Origin: Lama glama
Taxonomy: Eukaryota
DNA length: 64,000 bases
NCBI GenBank assembly: GCA_028534125.1
Contig: CM052816.1
Span: 39,496,001-39,560,000, forward strand
Direction: 5' to 3'
Shown: piece after piece, positions 12,481 to 25,542 of the stretch
How the letters are laid out: each line of letters begins with the position of its first letter
Numbering within the stretch: position 1 is the first letter of the stretch
The notes under the pieces: model-generated
Told to the model about the DNA's origin: nothing
Databases searched by the model: none
The model's input: only the letters and a program-made list of their open reading frames with translations
Translations under genes and position numbers: made by a program

Positions 12481-13226
12481 CACTTAATATAATAAAACTA
12501 CTGTAAATTCATAGTAGCCTAAGCCAGCAAGTAAGGCAGGGTTACAGGATGATTGAAATCACTACTAAGGTTGTCATTTTTGATGCAGGGAACCAGAAAA
12601 TGTGGAAATGTGGAGGCCAGGCCTCACAGCCGAAACTACACCACCGCGCTAGCTCTCCATGAGGACACAGGCCCTGACCTGCAGCATTTGCCAATGTGCC
12701 TGATGCACGTACTCCCAACACGGCCACCTCTGAGCTACTGAAGTGAAGTCACAACGCTGGGCTGGGAAAGATGCACACATCTGGCCCTCACAGGCCCCAC
12801 TTGGCTGAGTCTAGCACGACATCACTTAGAACACCCTCTCAGGGAAGCAAGAACCCCGGATCCCGGGCTGAGGTCAGGTTCCCAGGAGCTGGACTTATTT
12901 AGGAAAGGAGGGGTGTGCCTGAGGTGAGATTTAAAAAAAAAAGAAAGAACTAAAACACTGATAGGGGAATACAGACAGTGGAAACAAAGGAAGAAAAGCA
13001 AAATTATGAATACAAAGAGACTGCACAGGAGAAAAATCTTCCCTCCACAAACGTTCCCCAGTTGAGCTCAGTGCAATGGAGTGAAAACGAATCCAGAATC
13101 CACTCAAGAAAATTCAGTGCATAATGGAAAATATCTTTTGTATGACACTTGGGACTTCACCTAATGGCAAGATGGTAGCAACTAAGAGGCTAATTTGGTT
13201 TTAACAGCAATTTATTTCAGCACTGT

Positions 13227-13370
13227 AACCACAGAGGAAGTGTCCTTTGTGGAAAGAACAAAAACGGAAGTGTGGGCGAGGCCACCCTGCAGCTGCCGCG
13301 CCGCGGGACGGCCGAGCACTGCGCGGCAGCAATCTGGTGACTGCTACCGGGAGGAAGCTCCACCTCCCTG
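13227..13370. promoter_or_regulatory. Candidate enhancer/promoter: CpG-dense patch with RUNX and ETS/PU.1 motifs
   Basis: AACCACA 13227-13233 abutting AGAGGAAGTG 13233-13242; TGGAAA 13250; ACGGAAGTG 13264-13272; 11 CpGs in 13261-13350. Confidence 0.45.
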
Positions 13371-14699
13371 TGAAAGTCAGAGGTGTGTGCTTCCCTCTCA
13401 TACAGTTTAATTACTTCTGAAATAGAACAAATGTGGATAGTAGAGATTAGCTTACCTCCTACTGGTATTATTTTCTAATTTCACAAAATAATTTACACAA
13501 AAATATATCACATTCCTGTGACACCCCTTACATCCTAGGCATTACATATAAGGAACTGGTTCAAGATCAGGCATATCATGAGTTATAAAGGTTGCAAAAA
13601 TTTCTCAGGTGTTGGACCACCTTGGTAACTTTGGGGAGAGTGTTTACACCAGAGAAGGAAGCTATATATTTGATTCTTATGTCCATGAAAATAGATTTTT
13701 TAACTACAAGAAGGCACCTTGTTTCAGCTTCTTTAGCTAAGTTCTTTCAGCTCTGATGAGACTTGTGACAGACTGCTGCTGTGCAAATAACATTAAACGG
13801 TTCCCCTGAGCCAAACTGATAGACAAAGTCGAACCATTTTTCTGAGAGTTGGTGGAGGATATATTATTTCACCTCCCCTTATCTTGATAGCTATTTTAAA
13901 GAAAGATTGCGGCATTTTAATGTTCAACAGTCTGAAGAGATTTTTGTGGTCAGGGAATAGTAATTTTCTCAACAAAATTTAGCCCCTCAGTACCTTGTGG
14001 CTTCATGTCAACAGGTACACATTCAGATACACCTTATTAGAAAATTGTTTTAATGTATCTTCATGACCTAGCAGAAGACAAAAGAATGTAGCTCATGAGT
14101 AGAGCAGAAAAGCTCAACCCATTCCATCGTTTTTATAAGACTGCTCCTGCCTGACTGATTTACCTGAGAACTTTATCAAGGGCAGCCGGAATTGCGGCCT
14201 GATTTATATCCGTGCAGACTGAGGAGACTGAAGTAATTTGTGAACAGTTATGTGTGAAACCACAAGTGGTCACCTTGCCCATTAGCTATTCATGCTTCTA
14301 GCCGCTGGATTATGCAGCGGATATAACAAGGGAATATAGGAAATGGTGTATGGTGGAGGGTGGGAGGATCACCCATCACAAACAAATTAACCACTTTGAC
14401 TAAAACTTCCCTTTCTATAACTGGATATCCCTGAGATACTTGGATTAGGTACACAAAGCTCTGGGAATGCAAGTTCTTTAGAGCTGTGCAGCATTGTTTA
14501 GAGCAGAAGCTACCAAATCACCTCCTGCTTGGATGTGTGGCTCATATTTCCCTCCCAAACCAGTAAGTGGATAGAGAAACCAAAGTCAGTGGCAGGAGGA
14601 GAAGACATAATCACATGCTGACATGCAGCTGTACACACCAGAACAGCCTCCTGGTGGCCCTTACGGCTTCCTAGTGTTTATGGTCAATTCTCTTCTCAT

Positions 14700-14772
14700 C
14701 AGTCTGGGGTCTGTTCTGATGGGCCAGGATCTATGCCCTATCAGCTGCTGAATATTTTGAACATCACCCTTG
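14700..14772 (-). mobile_element. MER81-like hAT DNA transposon fragment
   Basis: Reverse complement reads caagggtgatgttcaaaatattcagcagctgatagggcatag...cccatcagaacagac. Confidence 0.6.
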
Positions 14773-15026
14773 CATACAACAATATAATGTAAGAGAATGA
14801 GATAAACCGTGCAGGGAATAGACTTTGGAGGAACATTAAAAACAAATAGCAATTTTAAATTCAGTAAACCTAGATGAATTAGTGGCTTTCAATAGAAGGT
14901 GTGGTGCAGCTTTGTATTTACAGTGGAGCTTCCAAACACTGGAAAATAGAATCAGGTTTGAGCTAAGGGACTTGTAATCCTAAACTGTTGGCTGATTTGG
15001 TATTATAAAACCAGATTCTTTTAGTC

Positions 15027-15200
15027 TAGTGGTCCTCATTTCTTCTGCATTTAAGAATAATCTGGGGAGTTTTTAAAATATATGACCCATAAACCCCACT
15101 GCAGACCAGTTGAACAACAGTCTCTGAAAGTGGGGCACAGTATTAAGTGATTCTAAGAGTCCACCACATCATTATAATCACGGCCAGATTTTGAAACAAG
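15027..15200. mobile_element. MER5-like hAT-Charlie
   Basis: tagtggtcctca...agaataatctggggagtttttaaaata...tctctgaaagtgggg. Confidence 0.6.
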
Positions 15201-15247
15201 TCTAATTCTTGATTTTAAGGTCACGTCTGGGTATTGTCACCAGCTAG

Positions 15248-15699
15248 TGTTACGGGCTGAACTGTGTCCTCACAAAATTCCTAAGTTAAAATCCTAACCT
15301 CCGTACCTCAGACTGTGATCTTATTTGGAAATAATCATTGCAGAGGTAATTAAGTTATGAGGAGGTCATCCTAAAGGAAGGTGAGCCCCTAACGTCACTG
15401 ATGTTCTTATAACATGGGGAAATTATGGACACAGACACATACAGAAAGAACGCCTTGTGAAGATGGAGGCAGAGATCAGGAGATGTAGCAGAGGCCAAGG
15501 AACACAAAGATTGCCAGCAAACTATCAGAAGGTAGGAGAGGCGAGGAACAGATTCTCCCTCACGGCCTCAGAAGGAGCCGGCCCTGCGGACACCTTTATC
15601 TTGGATGTCTAGCCTCCAGAACTGCGAGACAAACCTTTCTGTTGTTTAAGCCAGTCAGTTTGTGGTACTTGGTTATGGCAGCCCTTGCAAATGAACAGA
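15248..15699 (+). mobile_element. MLT1 (MLT1C-like) MaLR solo LTR
   Basis: Starts tgttacgggctgaactgtgtcc; ends tttgtggtacttggttatggcagcccttgcaaatgaacaga; TSD gctag/gctaa. Confidence 0.92.
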
Positions 15700-16303
15700 G
15701 CTAAGGGTACAGCCTCCACTTTGGCATTAAGTTTTCTTCCTATGCACAATGGAGATGTCGCATCTACTGCTCAATGAGTTCCACTTCAGCTCCTTATATA
15801 ATCTGATAACCCTCTGCTTTCTCTTTCTTTCCCATAGAAGGGTGAAGCAGCTTATCATCTTTGGTAGCTTTCCTTCCATTTGGGCAACAAATTATCTTAC
15901 TTTCTTCACTAGAATATCATTCATTCATGTCCAAGCAGGATAAAAAAACCATGGTTATCAGGGATGATGTCCTTTACAAAGTTTCCTTAATCTGTTTAAT
16001 TAACACCAACAGATGAAATACACTTCTAAACACATGGATCGGGCAGCAGGTTTACTATGCCTTACACTTCCTATCAGAACTTACTCAGGACACCGCAGCT
16101 GAGGGCTAGGAATATGCTGGAGACACCTCATTCCAATACCTATCATGTCACAGTGCTTGTTTCATTGTCAGGGAAGCATTCTCATGGTGGCACTGCTGGG
16201 AAGTCAGTACTTTCACAGAGTGAAAACACACACTTACTCTGTTGGTGTAGGAAACAACGCAAGGAAGAGAATTCTAGATACATCTTTTCTACCACAGAAT
16301 CCT

Positions 16304-16425
16304 AATTTTTTTTTAATTTGGGGCGTAATTAGGCTTATTATTTTTTTAATGCAGGTACTGGGGATTGAACCCAGGACCTCGTGCATGCTAAGCACACACT
16401 CTACCACTGAGCCGTGCCCTACCCC
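16304..16425 (-). mobile_element. tRNA-derived SINE (camelid Vic-1-like)
   Basis: A box ggctcagtggtagag and B box gggttcaatccc on the minus strand; A-rich tail; 12-bp TSD tctac(c/t)acagaa at 16288-16299 and 16427-16438. Confidence 0.9.
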
Positions 16426-17288
16426 GTCTACTACAGAAGTTCTTGATTAATGCAAGTATCAGAATCCAAGCCTCAAGGTAAGGACAGGGAAGTAAAGGGA
16501 ACAGAATACCGGCAGTGTTTGGCAACATTAACAGCAACATGGAGTGGACAAGGTGTGCAAAATCTTTGTGAAAGGAAGATAGACTATTTAACAACAGATG
16601 TAGTGAGGGAAGAGAAAATATTGCTTATAAGGTCATATGAACAAGATAGTATAATCAAATGCCTGGGGTGAACAAGTATGATAAAAAGAAGTTATGAAGA
16701 AAAAGAATAGGGTCTGTAAGATGCTGCTGAAAATATCACCATGGTGTAATAGGAACAGGTATGAAAACAGGTCAATGATGAGTAATCTTTGAGATTCCTA
16801 AATTAGAAGCAAATAAAAAATAAAGATAAGTGAGAATATCAAGTAAAATGAAACTCTGACTCAGTCATCCCTCACTAGGGAAAATTTGATTTAGTCATGA
16901 TAGCACATGTATTCTCAAATAAATCTCTTTTCTTACTAAGCTGGATTTTAATGATCTGAAAATATATTAGTAACATCAAAAATGCCTGAATCTACACAGC
17001 ATGCAGGAGTCCCTTTGGGCACTGTGACTGAGGTGTTATTACCCTTCGCTATGGGAGGGAAAGAGGTTTCCTTTACTGGCATTCGAAACTATAATTTTCA
17101 CCTGCTTTCCACACTCTTCACGAAAATTTCTTTCTCCATAAAATTCAGACATTTTATTTGGCCTGTAGTTTTATATGCCATTACAGAGTTTTACAGAAAA
17201 TACTTTTTTTTTTAACAATATATAAATGAGTTGTTACAGTTCACCAAATATTCCTGCTCTGTCCCCATCTGGGTATTATATAGGTTTT

Positions 17289-17339
17289 AAATTACCAGCT
17301 CCTGGCCCAAAAAAGAAAAAGAAAAGAAAAATTACCAGC
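17289..17339 (+). mobile_element. Extremely 5'-truncated retroposition (9 nt plus A tail) with 11-bp TSD
   Basis: aaattaccagc at 17289-17299 and 17329-17339, preceded by tttt (L1 endonuclease-like site). Confidence 0.65.
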
Positions 17340-17675
17340 ACTCTTGAAATTAAGTATTATAAATTCATTTGCCTTAGACAATGAAATATGAGAGGTATGA
17401 AACATTCACATGGAGTTAGGAGTATCCAGAGCCAAGTGTTCTTTGCTTGTCTTGGTAGTAATAGAAGGGTACGCTAAGATGAAGACTGCAGCAGCCTAGG
17501 TTCCTGACTGACCACAATGAGAATACCTACACCCCCACGCTCTGCCTCCACCCAGTGACCCATGATGGGTAGCATGAACAAAAATATAAGTACCTGTTGT
17601 TTTAAGCCACTGAAACAGTATGTTTTATAGGATTATATGTTACTTCAACATAACATATCTTATATTGATAGGTAG
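17340..17675 (+). mobile_element. Old MLT1 (MLT1J-like) LTR
   Basis: cagcctaggttcctgactgac...tgttgttttaagccactga...tgttacttcaacataac. Confidence 0.65.
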
Positions 17676-18471
17676 GAACGTTATAAAACCTTTTATTTTA
17701 TCATCTTAAAATGCCTGCCTGAAAACATTATTTATTCTTAAAGATTCAAGAACAGCAATTTCTACACAAAAGCAATTAATAGTGAATTCCCTTTTAATAG
17801 CTCACTAAAGGAAAAGCAAAAACAAAAACTAAAATAAAACTTTACCTATCCATATGAATTTGCCTATTTTCTCCAGAAGAGTGTTCTATTATTTTAGACA
17901 GAATCAAAATCAGTGAATTTTAAAGCATTCTGAGACAGTCAAAAGAAATCAAAGAAATTTAAATTTACTGTTGTACAAATTTATAATTCTTGGTCTCCTT
18001 CTTTCCCTCCCTCTCTCTCTGAAAACAACTCATCTTCTAGAAGAAAAGTAAGGATTTCTTTCAGTTCTATATAAACAGATCCACAGACCCATTTGATTTT
18101 AATAACCTTATGGAACCCCCACACGTTGTCTGTCATCCTTACATGTTAACTTATATTCTCCTACCATCAAAACAGATTTGTACTAACGTAGGCTGTGGGC
18201 ATAAAGTCAGTCTGCTTAACAGCTACAATCAGTACAACGTCACATTTGAGTAAAAACTCTGTTAAAAATCCAAATCCATTGGAAAGTATTTTACATTTTT
18301 TCTAAATTATGTTAAAAAAGCGATAAAGGAAAATCACATTAGTGAAACAATCCAGCTACCTGAATGCAATCTTCCCGTTGGCTAGCACCACCTCATGTGG
18401 CAAAATGACTACTTCTTAGTCCTACAAGTCGTTCCCACATACTCTCTCCTACAATTGAGCCCATTTCTGTA

Positions 18472-18748
18472 TTTTCTTTTTTTTAATTGACGTATAGTCA
18501 GTTTACAATGTTGTATCAATTTCTGCTGTACAGCATAACGTTTCAGTCATATGTACACATACATATATTCCTTTCCATATTGTTTTTCATTATACTTACT
18601 ACAAGATATTGAATATAGTTCCCAGTGCTATACAATAGAAACTTGTTGTTTATTTTGTACATAGTAGTTAGTATCTACAAATCTCGAAGTCCCAATTTAT
18701 ACTTTCCCATCCCTTCGCCCCTCCCCATAACCATAAACTTGTTTTCTA
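18472..18748 (-). mobile_element. Lineage-specific L1 3'UTR fragment
   Basis: PolyT then aattgacgtatagtcagtttacaatgttg...aagatattgaatatagttcccagtgctataca. Confidence 0.9.
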
Positions 18749-18971
18749 ATCCCTTTCTTCTAACTGTCCTTAGCAGATCTTTATTTGATTAAGTTAGTGA
18801 CATTCCATTTTGTACCTTCTTCTAATACTTTTCTTCATCCCTTACCTACATCAACACAAATAATGGCCCAAAAGTTGATCAGACAGAAGAAATGTAGTAA
18901 ACAATGAGAAAGTGTTTATGGTTATTAAAGTACAAAAGCAAATGCCAATTTTGAACAACACAAAGTTACTC

Positions 18972-19300
18972 AAAAAATAAAAAGAAAAAGGAGGACACTA
19001 ATGAACTCATTCACAAAACAAACACATAGTAAACAATCTTGTGGTTACCAAAGGAAAGAGGGTGGGAAGGGATAAATTTGAGAGTTTGAGATTTGCAAAT
19101 GATAACCACTATATATAAACATAGATTAAAAAAAATTTCTTCTGTATAGCACAGGGAACTATATTCAATACCTTCTAATAACCTTTAATGAAAAAGAATG
19201 TGAAAATGAATGTATGCATATATATATGGATGACTAGGACATTATGCTGTACACCAGAAAGTGACACACTGTAACTAACTATACTTCAATTTTAAATAAA
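18972..19300 (+). mobile_element. Lineage-specific L1 3'UTR fragment
   Basis: tgtatagcacagggaactatattcaata...tgtaactaactatacttcaat; same subfamily type as 36877 and 51812. Confidence 0.9.
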
Positions 19301-22300
19301 TGTAACATATACAGTAATATTTTAAGTGCTAAAATAACATTAGTTTTTGCTAGTAGAAAAAAAAGAAAATACATTAGCTTAGAATATTAATTGAAATGTT
19401 TTTCACTTTATTCCTAGATTTTAAATATTAAATTGTGTACAGAATGCTGTGTTATCTGCTTTAAATTTGTTTCTCTTCTATTAGAACATGTTTATTTAAT
19501 ACCTTCCTACCATCACTGTGGGTCTTGAATAAATGGGGAAATTGGTCAAGCTTCTGAACTGTCCTTCAGTGAGGTCCCAAACCAGATTTATACTGCCACC
19601 CTTATTACTGTTTTCTTTTCCCCTAGACTTTATTATTTTACTTACTTCCTATGACATTTAGTTTATAAAATAAAAAGATAGTAAAGAGGATGTTAAAACT
19701 GCATTTACTTCCTAATAACTAAGTCTTGGAATGTGAAAGCACAATATTAACAGATGACTGCAAGCCCTAAATTGAAGTGACATCACTCTTGAGAAATTTA
19801 GCATGAACACTAAGTTCATCCTTTTAAGATTTCTATCTAGCAAGCAACTGGCATCTGTTTTTTCTTCTCGTAGATATTCTGAGAAGAAACCACATGGCAG
19901 CACTTCATATTTCACAAACTAAATCACAGTACAGAAGTAGTTTCCCATAATAGGGGTGCTCTGGAGAGTTGAGAACTATTATGTGACTCATCAGCTGCAA
20001 ATAATTCAGCCACTAGGGATGAAGGGTAATAGCTCTTGTTGAAAGCACAGGTTGAAAGAAGTCTTTTCATGAGAAAATTTTCAGAAACTCTTTGCATAAC
20101 ATACAGTGCAAAACTGTGACAGGTTTATACTATGCAGCTCTGCATAATAGCTTATGGGAAACCAAATCAACAAGAAACAGTTACAGGAAAAAAAAAATGA
20201 CTGTACAGGATGGATCGTAGGGTAATTTGTTGACTGATGTTACATAAAACGCTTCTTTCATGACTCCCAGAATCAAATGAAGTAGAATAAATCATATCTC
20301 AAAGAGAAATGTGATTCTGCTATGTGCTAATTACCACCAGAGTTGGAAGATCACTTTGTGGAAAGAGCGTTAATTCTTTCTGGCCAGTAGAATGTCAGAT
20401 ACTGAGTCTGGTTTAATTAATAAGCTAGTAATTAGAATACTTTATTATCAGGGGAAAAGCTAATTTATTATTGTTCAAAGTTAACCTCTAATTCTATAAT
20501 AGACAGTTCTAAATGATATCTTTTTAAATATTTAATGTTCTGTAAACAATGGTACTCAATAAATATGCTTATGACTGTTTAAGTTACCTTTTGTTTTTAT
20601 AAGCATGTGACTGACCCTTTACAAGAAGACGACACTGGTGGGAATACCTTCCACTGAGATTTTCCTGTCTATCTTATGTCCTAGGATAGACAGATGACAT
20701 TTATGGAGTGAAGCAACACAAAGAATTGAGTGAAGGACGAATTTGGAAAGAAGAGCATCTCTTTGAGTGGGAAAATGTGAGAGATCATTCTGTTGGCGGT
20801 TCTGAGGGAGATGAGAGGGAAGCCTAGCAGGACAGTCTTAGTGAAAGGAAGGCCACGTAGATTTTCTTTCCTTCTTTTTGATTGCATTTCTGTCAATTGC
20901 ATGTAGCTTTAGGCAACTCCATGCTTCTCTTTCCCTCACACTTTTTCTTTCTTCCATTCTCAATAAAGTACAAAAAGTTAAACACAGTCATAATCCTGTT
21001 ATTTGCAAAGTTTTCTGAAGTACAGAGGACTATCTGATGATTTCCTGCAGTTCAAAAATCCATAGAGCACATTAAGTGTAACTATTGGCACATTCAGGTA
21101 CTACTTTAGCAGACCGATGATTTGTAGTTTGGAAGGCTGTTTTAATGGAAATTGAATTGTAAATGCAACTGCCATGAAATGGCTTGAATTGTTAACACTG
21201 ATGAAAATGTGCTTGCTAAGTGATTCCCTAAATTACTTTATGGAGTATAAAACATCTGCATTTAATTACATTCTATTTGGCTGAAAAATAAACATTTCTA
21301 AACCACAGTTTTCATGTCTGATGATGATAATGTACTGGAAAACTTGAAATTGCTTGACAGTCTAAACATGTTTTCTCTTAAAAAGCAAATAGTACTGTTG
21401 CTGTGTGACGTACTCGGTTGTACTGCTTATACGGCGCATTCTTCCTGAAGACGCGTGTCATGGTGTGCACTCTCACTTATAAACCAAATAGTGAACAGTG
21501 CTTTGATAAATGCAGGGTTATGAGGTCAGCTGTGATGATGAAGTACACTTGTACAAGATCATGAAGGAAACAACAGAGACATATCATTCCTTGATTTCCT
21601 CAAAAAGCGGAGGGAAAATTCCATACTATGAATTTTGTTCAGTAATTTTACATTGCTTGTTCAGCAAACATTAAATTTAGAGTAAGGTGCAGAAAATGTT
21701 TGATTCAAGAGTCCGTAAGTGTTTGGGAAACAACAGAGATTTCAACCACGTGTTTCTTACTGAAGAAAACTAAAGGAACCCAACTTCTACTGTAATCAAT
21801 GTTAGGGGAGGTTAGTCTTATAGAGATGTACAAGCACATTAGTATAACAGAGCGTGCAAACATTTCATGAAACATTTGCACACGTACATAAATGACCATC
21901 TGCAGTGATCTGTCTGAAAGAAATGTGACTCTCCATGACTCCAGTTATAGACTGTCTCCCTTTCATCAAGCCCACTCCTGTTCGTATAGCTGACAAATTC
22001 CTTCTTCAGTTTAAGCATCAAAAATATCTTGTTATTTAGTCAATCATAAACTTCCATATTTTTATAACCATTAGAATATTTTGGCTTTTTTTGATTTTAT
22101 TTCATGCAATCCATATTCAAATATGTATCTGCCACCATGTAAAGAGCATCACAAACAGAAGTAGAGGAACAGAAGCAATATACTGCTCTTAAATTTATAG
22201 TCAAGGATATGTTTATTACTCAAAGACATTAGTGTCCAAGTGATCAAAATGTACTAATGTTTTTGAGAAAAATTCTTCTTAGGTACATGTTATGTCAGAA

Positions 22301-23269
22301 TAGACTCATAAAATTCATGCAAGTTCTTCAATAAAAGGCATTTACTCTAGTGCCTAAATGATGTTTTGACATGGATTTCAATGTATCTTATAATTCTCAG
22401 AGGTATAGTTTAACGACACTGTTACTCAACATAAGAAAATATTAAATGAATCTATCCTAGGAAAATCATTATATCTTTGGATTAAACGGCGTGTTTTCTT
22501 TTCTACTAACCAAGGTATTTGACTCCTTGTAACTAACATCACTCACCTATTTGCGTAATTCTTTACATGTTGCTTGTTGGAATAATGACTAACCAATGTC
22601 TATAGTTGATATAACATTTACTTCATCTATTTACTAACTTCTTTATCTCCTTTTAATTCTCAATTTCCTCACTGCCAATCAAATCAAAGTATTTCCTTCA
22701 TAAAGTATTTTCTTCAAAGGTTTCCTGCACTTACAGAATAGAAATGGTTTTAAAGTTTCATTCTCAAAACATCTCTGGAATTGTAATGAGTGACTATCAG
22801 AATCAAAAAGCACAGATCTGGAAGATGTTTTGAAGAGTAATCTAAGACAAAAAGGCTCATCAGCAGATCAAGCCAGATTAAGTAAGGTTCTTGAGAAATA
22901 CTAAAAGATAACAGGTGTGTAATCATAAAAATCAAGCTACCATGTTCATACACTGTTAAAGAGTTTCCTTCAACATACTTGTGGGGTTTTTTTTATATTA
23001 AGTGCTCATTAACTAACAAAAAACTAGGCATTACACAATTCAAAATATTAATAGGAAACTTATGTGAGAGATAACTGATCCATCCATGGTCACCTTGCTA
23101 ATGACTGGCTGATTTATAGTATTTCTTTAATGTAAACATGATGTATGCATATCATTTACTAACATATGCTAAGATGGCATTCATGAGATTTCACTTAAAC
23201 CCACTTTATAAGGGTATCAAATTGATACCCAATTTCTATAGGTACAAAAGAGAATACATATCAAAGGCC

Positions 23270-24380
23270 TTAAATATTTTCTTTCCCTTTTAAACTGTTA
23301 TTCCAGTTCTTGAAATTTATCCCCAAAATACTTCATAGATGTGCAGAAAGATATATGAACATGGATGTGTTTTCTAGGAAGTAACTGCTGTCTATACAGT
23401 GATCTGTGGAGCACAGTTCACTTCTAGAAACTGCTTCCCATGACAGTCCACATAACCATTACCGGCCTGCCGATCATTACAATCAGGGGTTATGAACTGA
23501 CTGAAGCCAGATCAGTTAAAACCCTTCACTAGTATACTCTAAATCAGAACTGAATAAAGTGAGCTGAGGTGTGCATGTGGAAGTGCGTGCGTGTACACAG
23601 ATGTGCACATGTGTGGGTGTGGGTGTGTGGCTGTGAGACCTATGGCCTGGCTGCTGTCCATGGTCATTTTCTTGCCAAGTGGTGGAAGACAGTGTGCATT
23701 CTGGAAAAATGAACTTCATACACAGAAAGAAGCCACTGAAGTCAACATCCAGAGAAAAGCAGGGATGGCCTATCGCACAGTCACTCACATACATAAACAG
23801 AGTGTGCTGGGTGAGTGAGGAGGAGGGTGCCTTGCAGAATGAGTTCCTCACTCCATGTACTCATGAGATACTGCTGCATCTTCCTGTGGTTTGGATTTTC
23901 AACACTTCTTTCATTTCCCCCAAAGCACACTAGTAATCTCTGAATAAATTACCCTTTTCTCTAGGCTGTCTTGGGATAGGTTTCTATGGTACACAACTGG
24001 TAGTTCTAATTAATGTAAAAAGTATTCATATTAGCAATAAAGGCATGTTCTAGTAATGGGAGATAAATTATGATACAATCAGATAATGGGTTTTATGCAG
24101 CCACTAAAAGTCATGTTTTTGAACATTATTTAATAAACTGTGAAACTCCTTTAATTATAATACCAAGTGAAACAAAGTAAGACAAACAGCCTATATAGTA
24201 TAATTCAATTTGACTCCAAAACTATAACTCCAAAATTATAAAGCACTTACAAAGAAAAATAAACTTGCCAAATCATTAACAGTGGCTATTTCAGGCATTG
24301 GGATTATGGTTAATGTTCATATTATTCTTTTGTTTTTGAACAATTAATAAATATTTCTACTCTAATAAGAAAAATAATAA
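23270..24380 (+). mobile_element. Very old L1 (L1ME-like) 3' end interrupted by an ERVL-type LTR (about 23390-24015)
   Basis: L1-like flanks (ttccagttcttgaaatttatcc; ataaattatgatacaatcagataatgg). The inner segment ends aataaattacccttttctctaggctg...ctaattaat, like ERVL LTRs. Confidence 0.5.
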
Positions 24381-24440
24381 GCATTACTTAAATTGTGTCT
24401 CTGATTAAAAGAAATGTATTCTTTTAAAAAGATGCATTAC

Positions 24441-24982
24441 AAGGGCTGGATTAAGACAGTGAAGTAGGGAGACTCCAAGCTCACCTCCTCCCACAGAAGG
24501 ACAACTGCATATAGAATGACTCTCACTGACAACAACCCGGAGACCAGCAGAACCGATTTTCCACAACTAAGGATATAAAGAGGCCACATCAAGATGGGTA
24601 GGAGGGCCAGAGACATGTTCTAGTCGGAACCCACGCCCCCAGTATGATGACCGAGGAGAGTAGTGTTACAACCGTGGAGGTCTGCCCTGAGGAGCAAGAG
24701 GTCTGAGCCCCACGTTTGGTCCCAAGCTAGGGGGACTTGCACCAGGCAGGTGAGCCTTCATAACGTCTGGTTTTAAAACCAGTAGGGCTTATGTCCAGGA
24801 GAGCCTGGTGGTCACCAGAGAGCAGGGGTTTGGGGGGATGAAATAGATGAAAGGGGTCAAGAGTTTGTATAGGGACAGATGGCTACTAGATTTATCAGTG
24901 ATCAATTCATAAAGTATGTAGATGTTGAATCACAATGTTGAACACCCAACATATATGTCAGTTGGACTTCAATACAAAAAAG
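24441..24982 (+). mobile_element. Internally deleted L1 (L1MA9-like): 5'UTR fused directly to the 3' end
   Basis: 5'UTR (agctcacctcctcccac...) runs to about 24805, then 3' terminus (ctggtggtcaccagag...acttcaat plus A tail); degenerate TSD aaaaagatgcatta/aaaaaagtacatta. Confidence 0.7.
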
Positions 24983-25542
24983 AAAAAAGTACATTAAATT
25001 CACCTGATCTCAGCACAACCAATTTAAAAGTTTTGTTTTGCTTTTTTTATGTCTCGATCCTGCTTCCAGAATGAAATAGGCATATATTTCTATGTATTTG
25101 TCCATTCAATTGGACCAGATTTAAAGACCAATAGCAAAACATCTAAATCATTGGCAGAACCTTTCATGTATCATGTTACTGTAGCCTTCAAGCACCTCCT
25201 CCAGTTTAAGCAGTGGGACTTAGGAAATAACGAAACTAGATCAGGGATTTATGATTATCACACCATAATCTGACATTCATACATGTAGATGAAATTAGTG
25301 TTTGTTATATACACACAGCGGGTGCCATAAAACACAGACACAGAAAAACAGAGGGTGTGCATTGTCCCTGCCTGAGAGACAGCGAATCACTTTCTCTGGA
25401 TAAGGACATGGGATCTTATGATTGGAAGGTAGCTGTACGTCACTGAAAACTCGTAGTCACACAGTTAAGCCATGGCATACATACTTGGAGAACATCTGAG
25501 AAATAAGAGCTTTTTAATTTTTAAAATCTGTTTTAGCTGTAA

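Noticed and set aside
16346..16425. tRNA-like sequences here and at 40330-40402
   Set aside because: They have A tails and TSDs, so they are SINE heads rather than tRNA genes.
17846..17929. 84-nt minus-strand segment with good splice sites (similar cases near 20588-20680 and 30909-30994)
   Set aside because: Stops in all frames. Such site pairs are frequent by chance, although non-coding exons cannot be excluded.
23212..23230. 9-bp-arm palindromes here and at 48398-48416
   Set aside because: Short enough to be expected by chance in 64 kb of AT-rich DNA.
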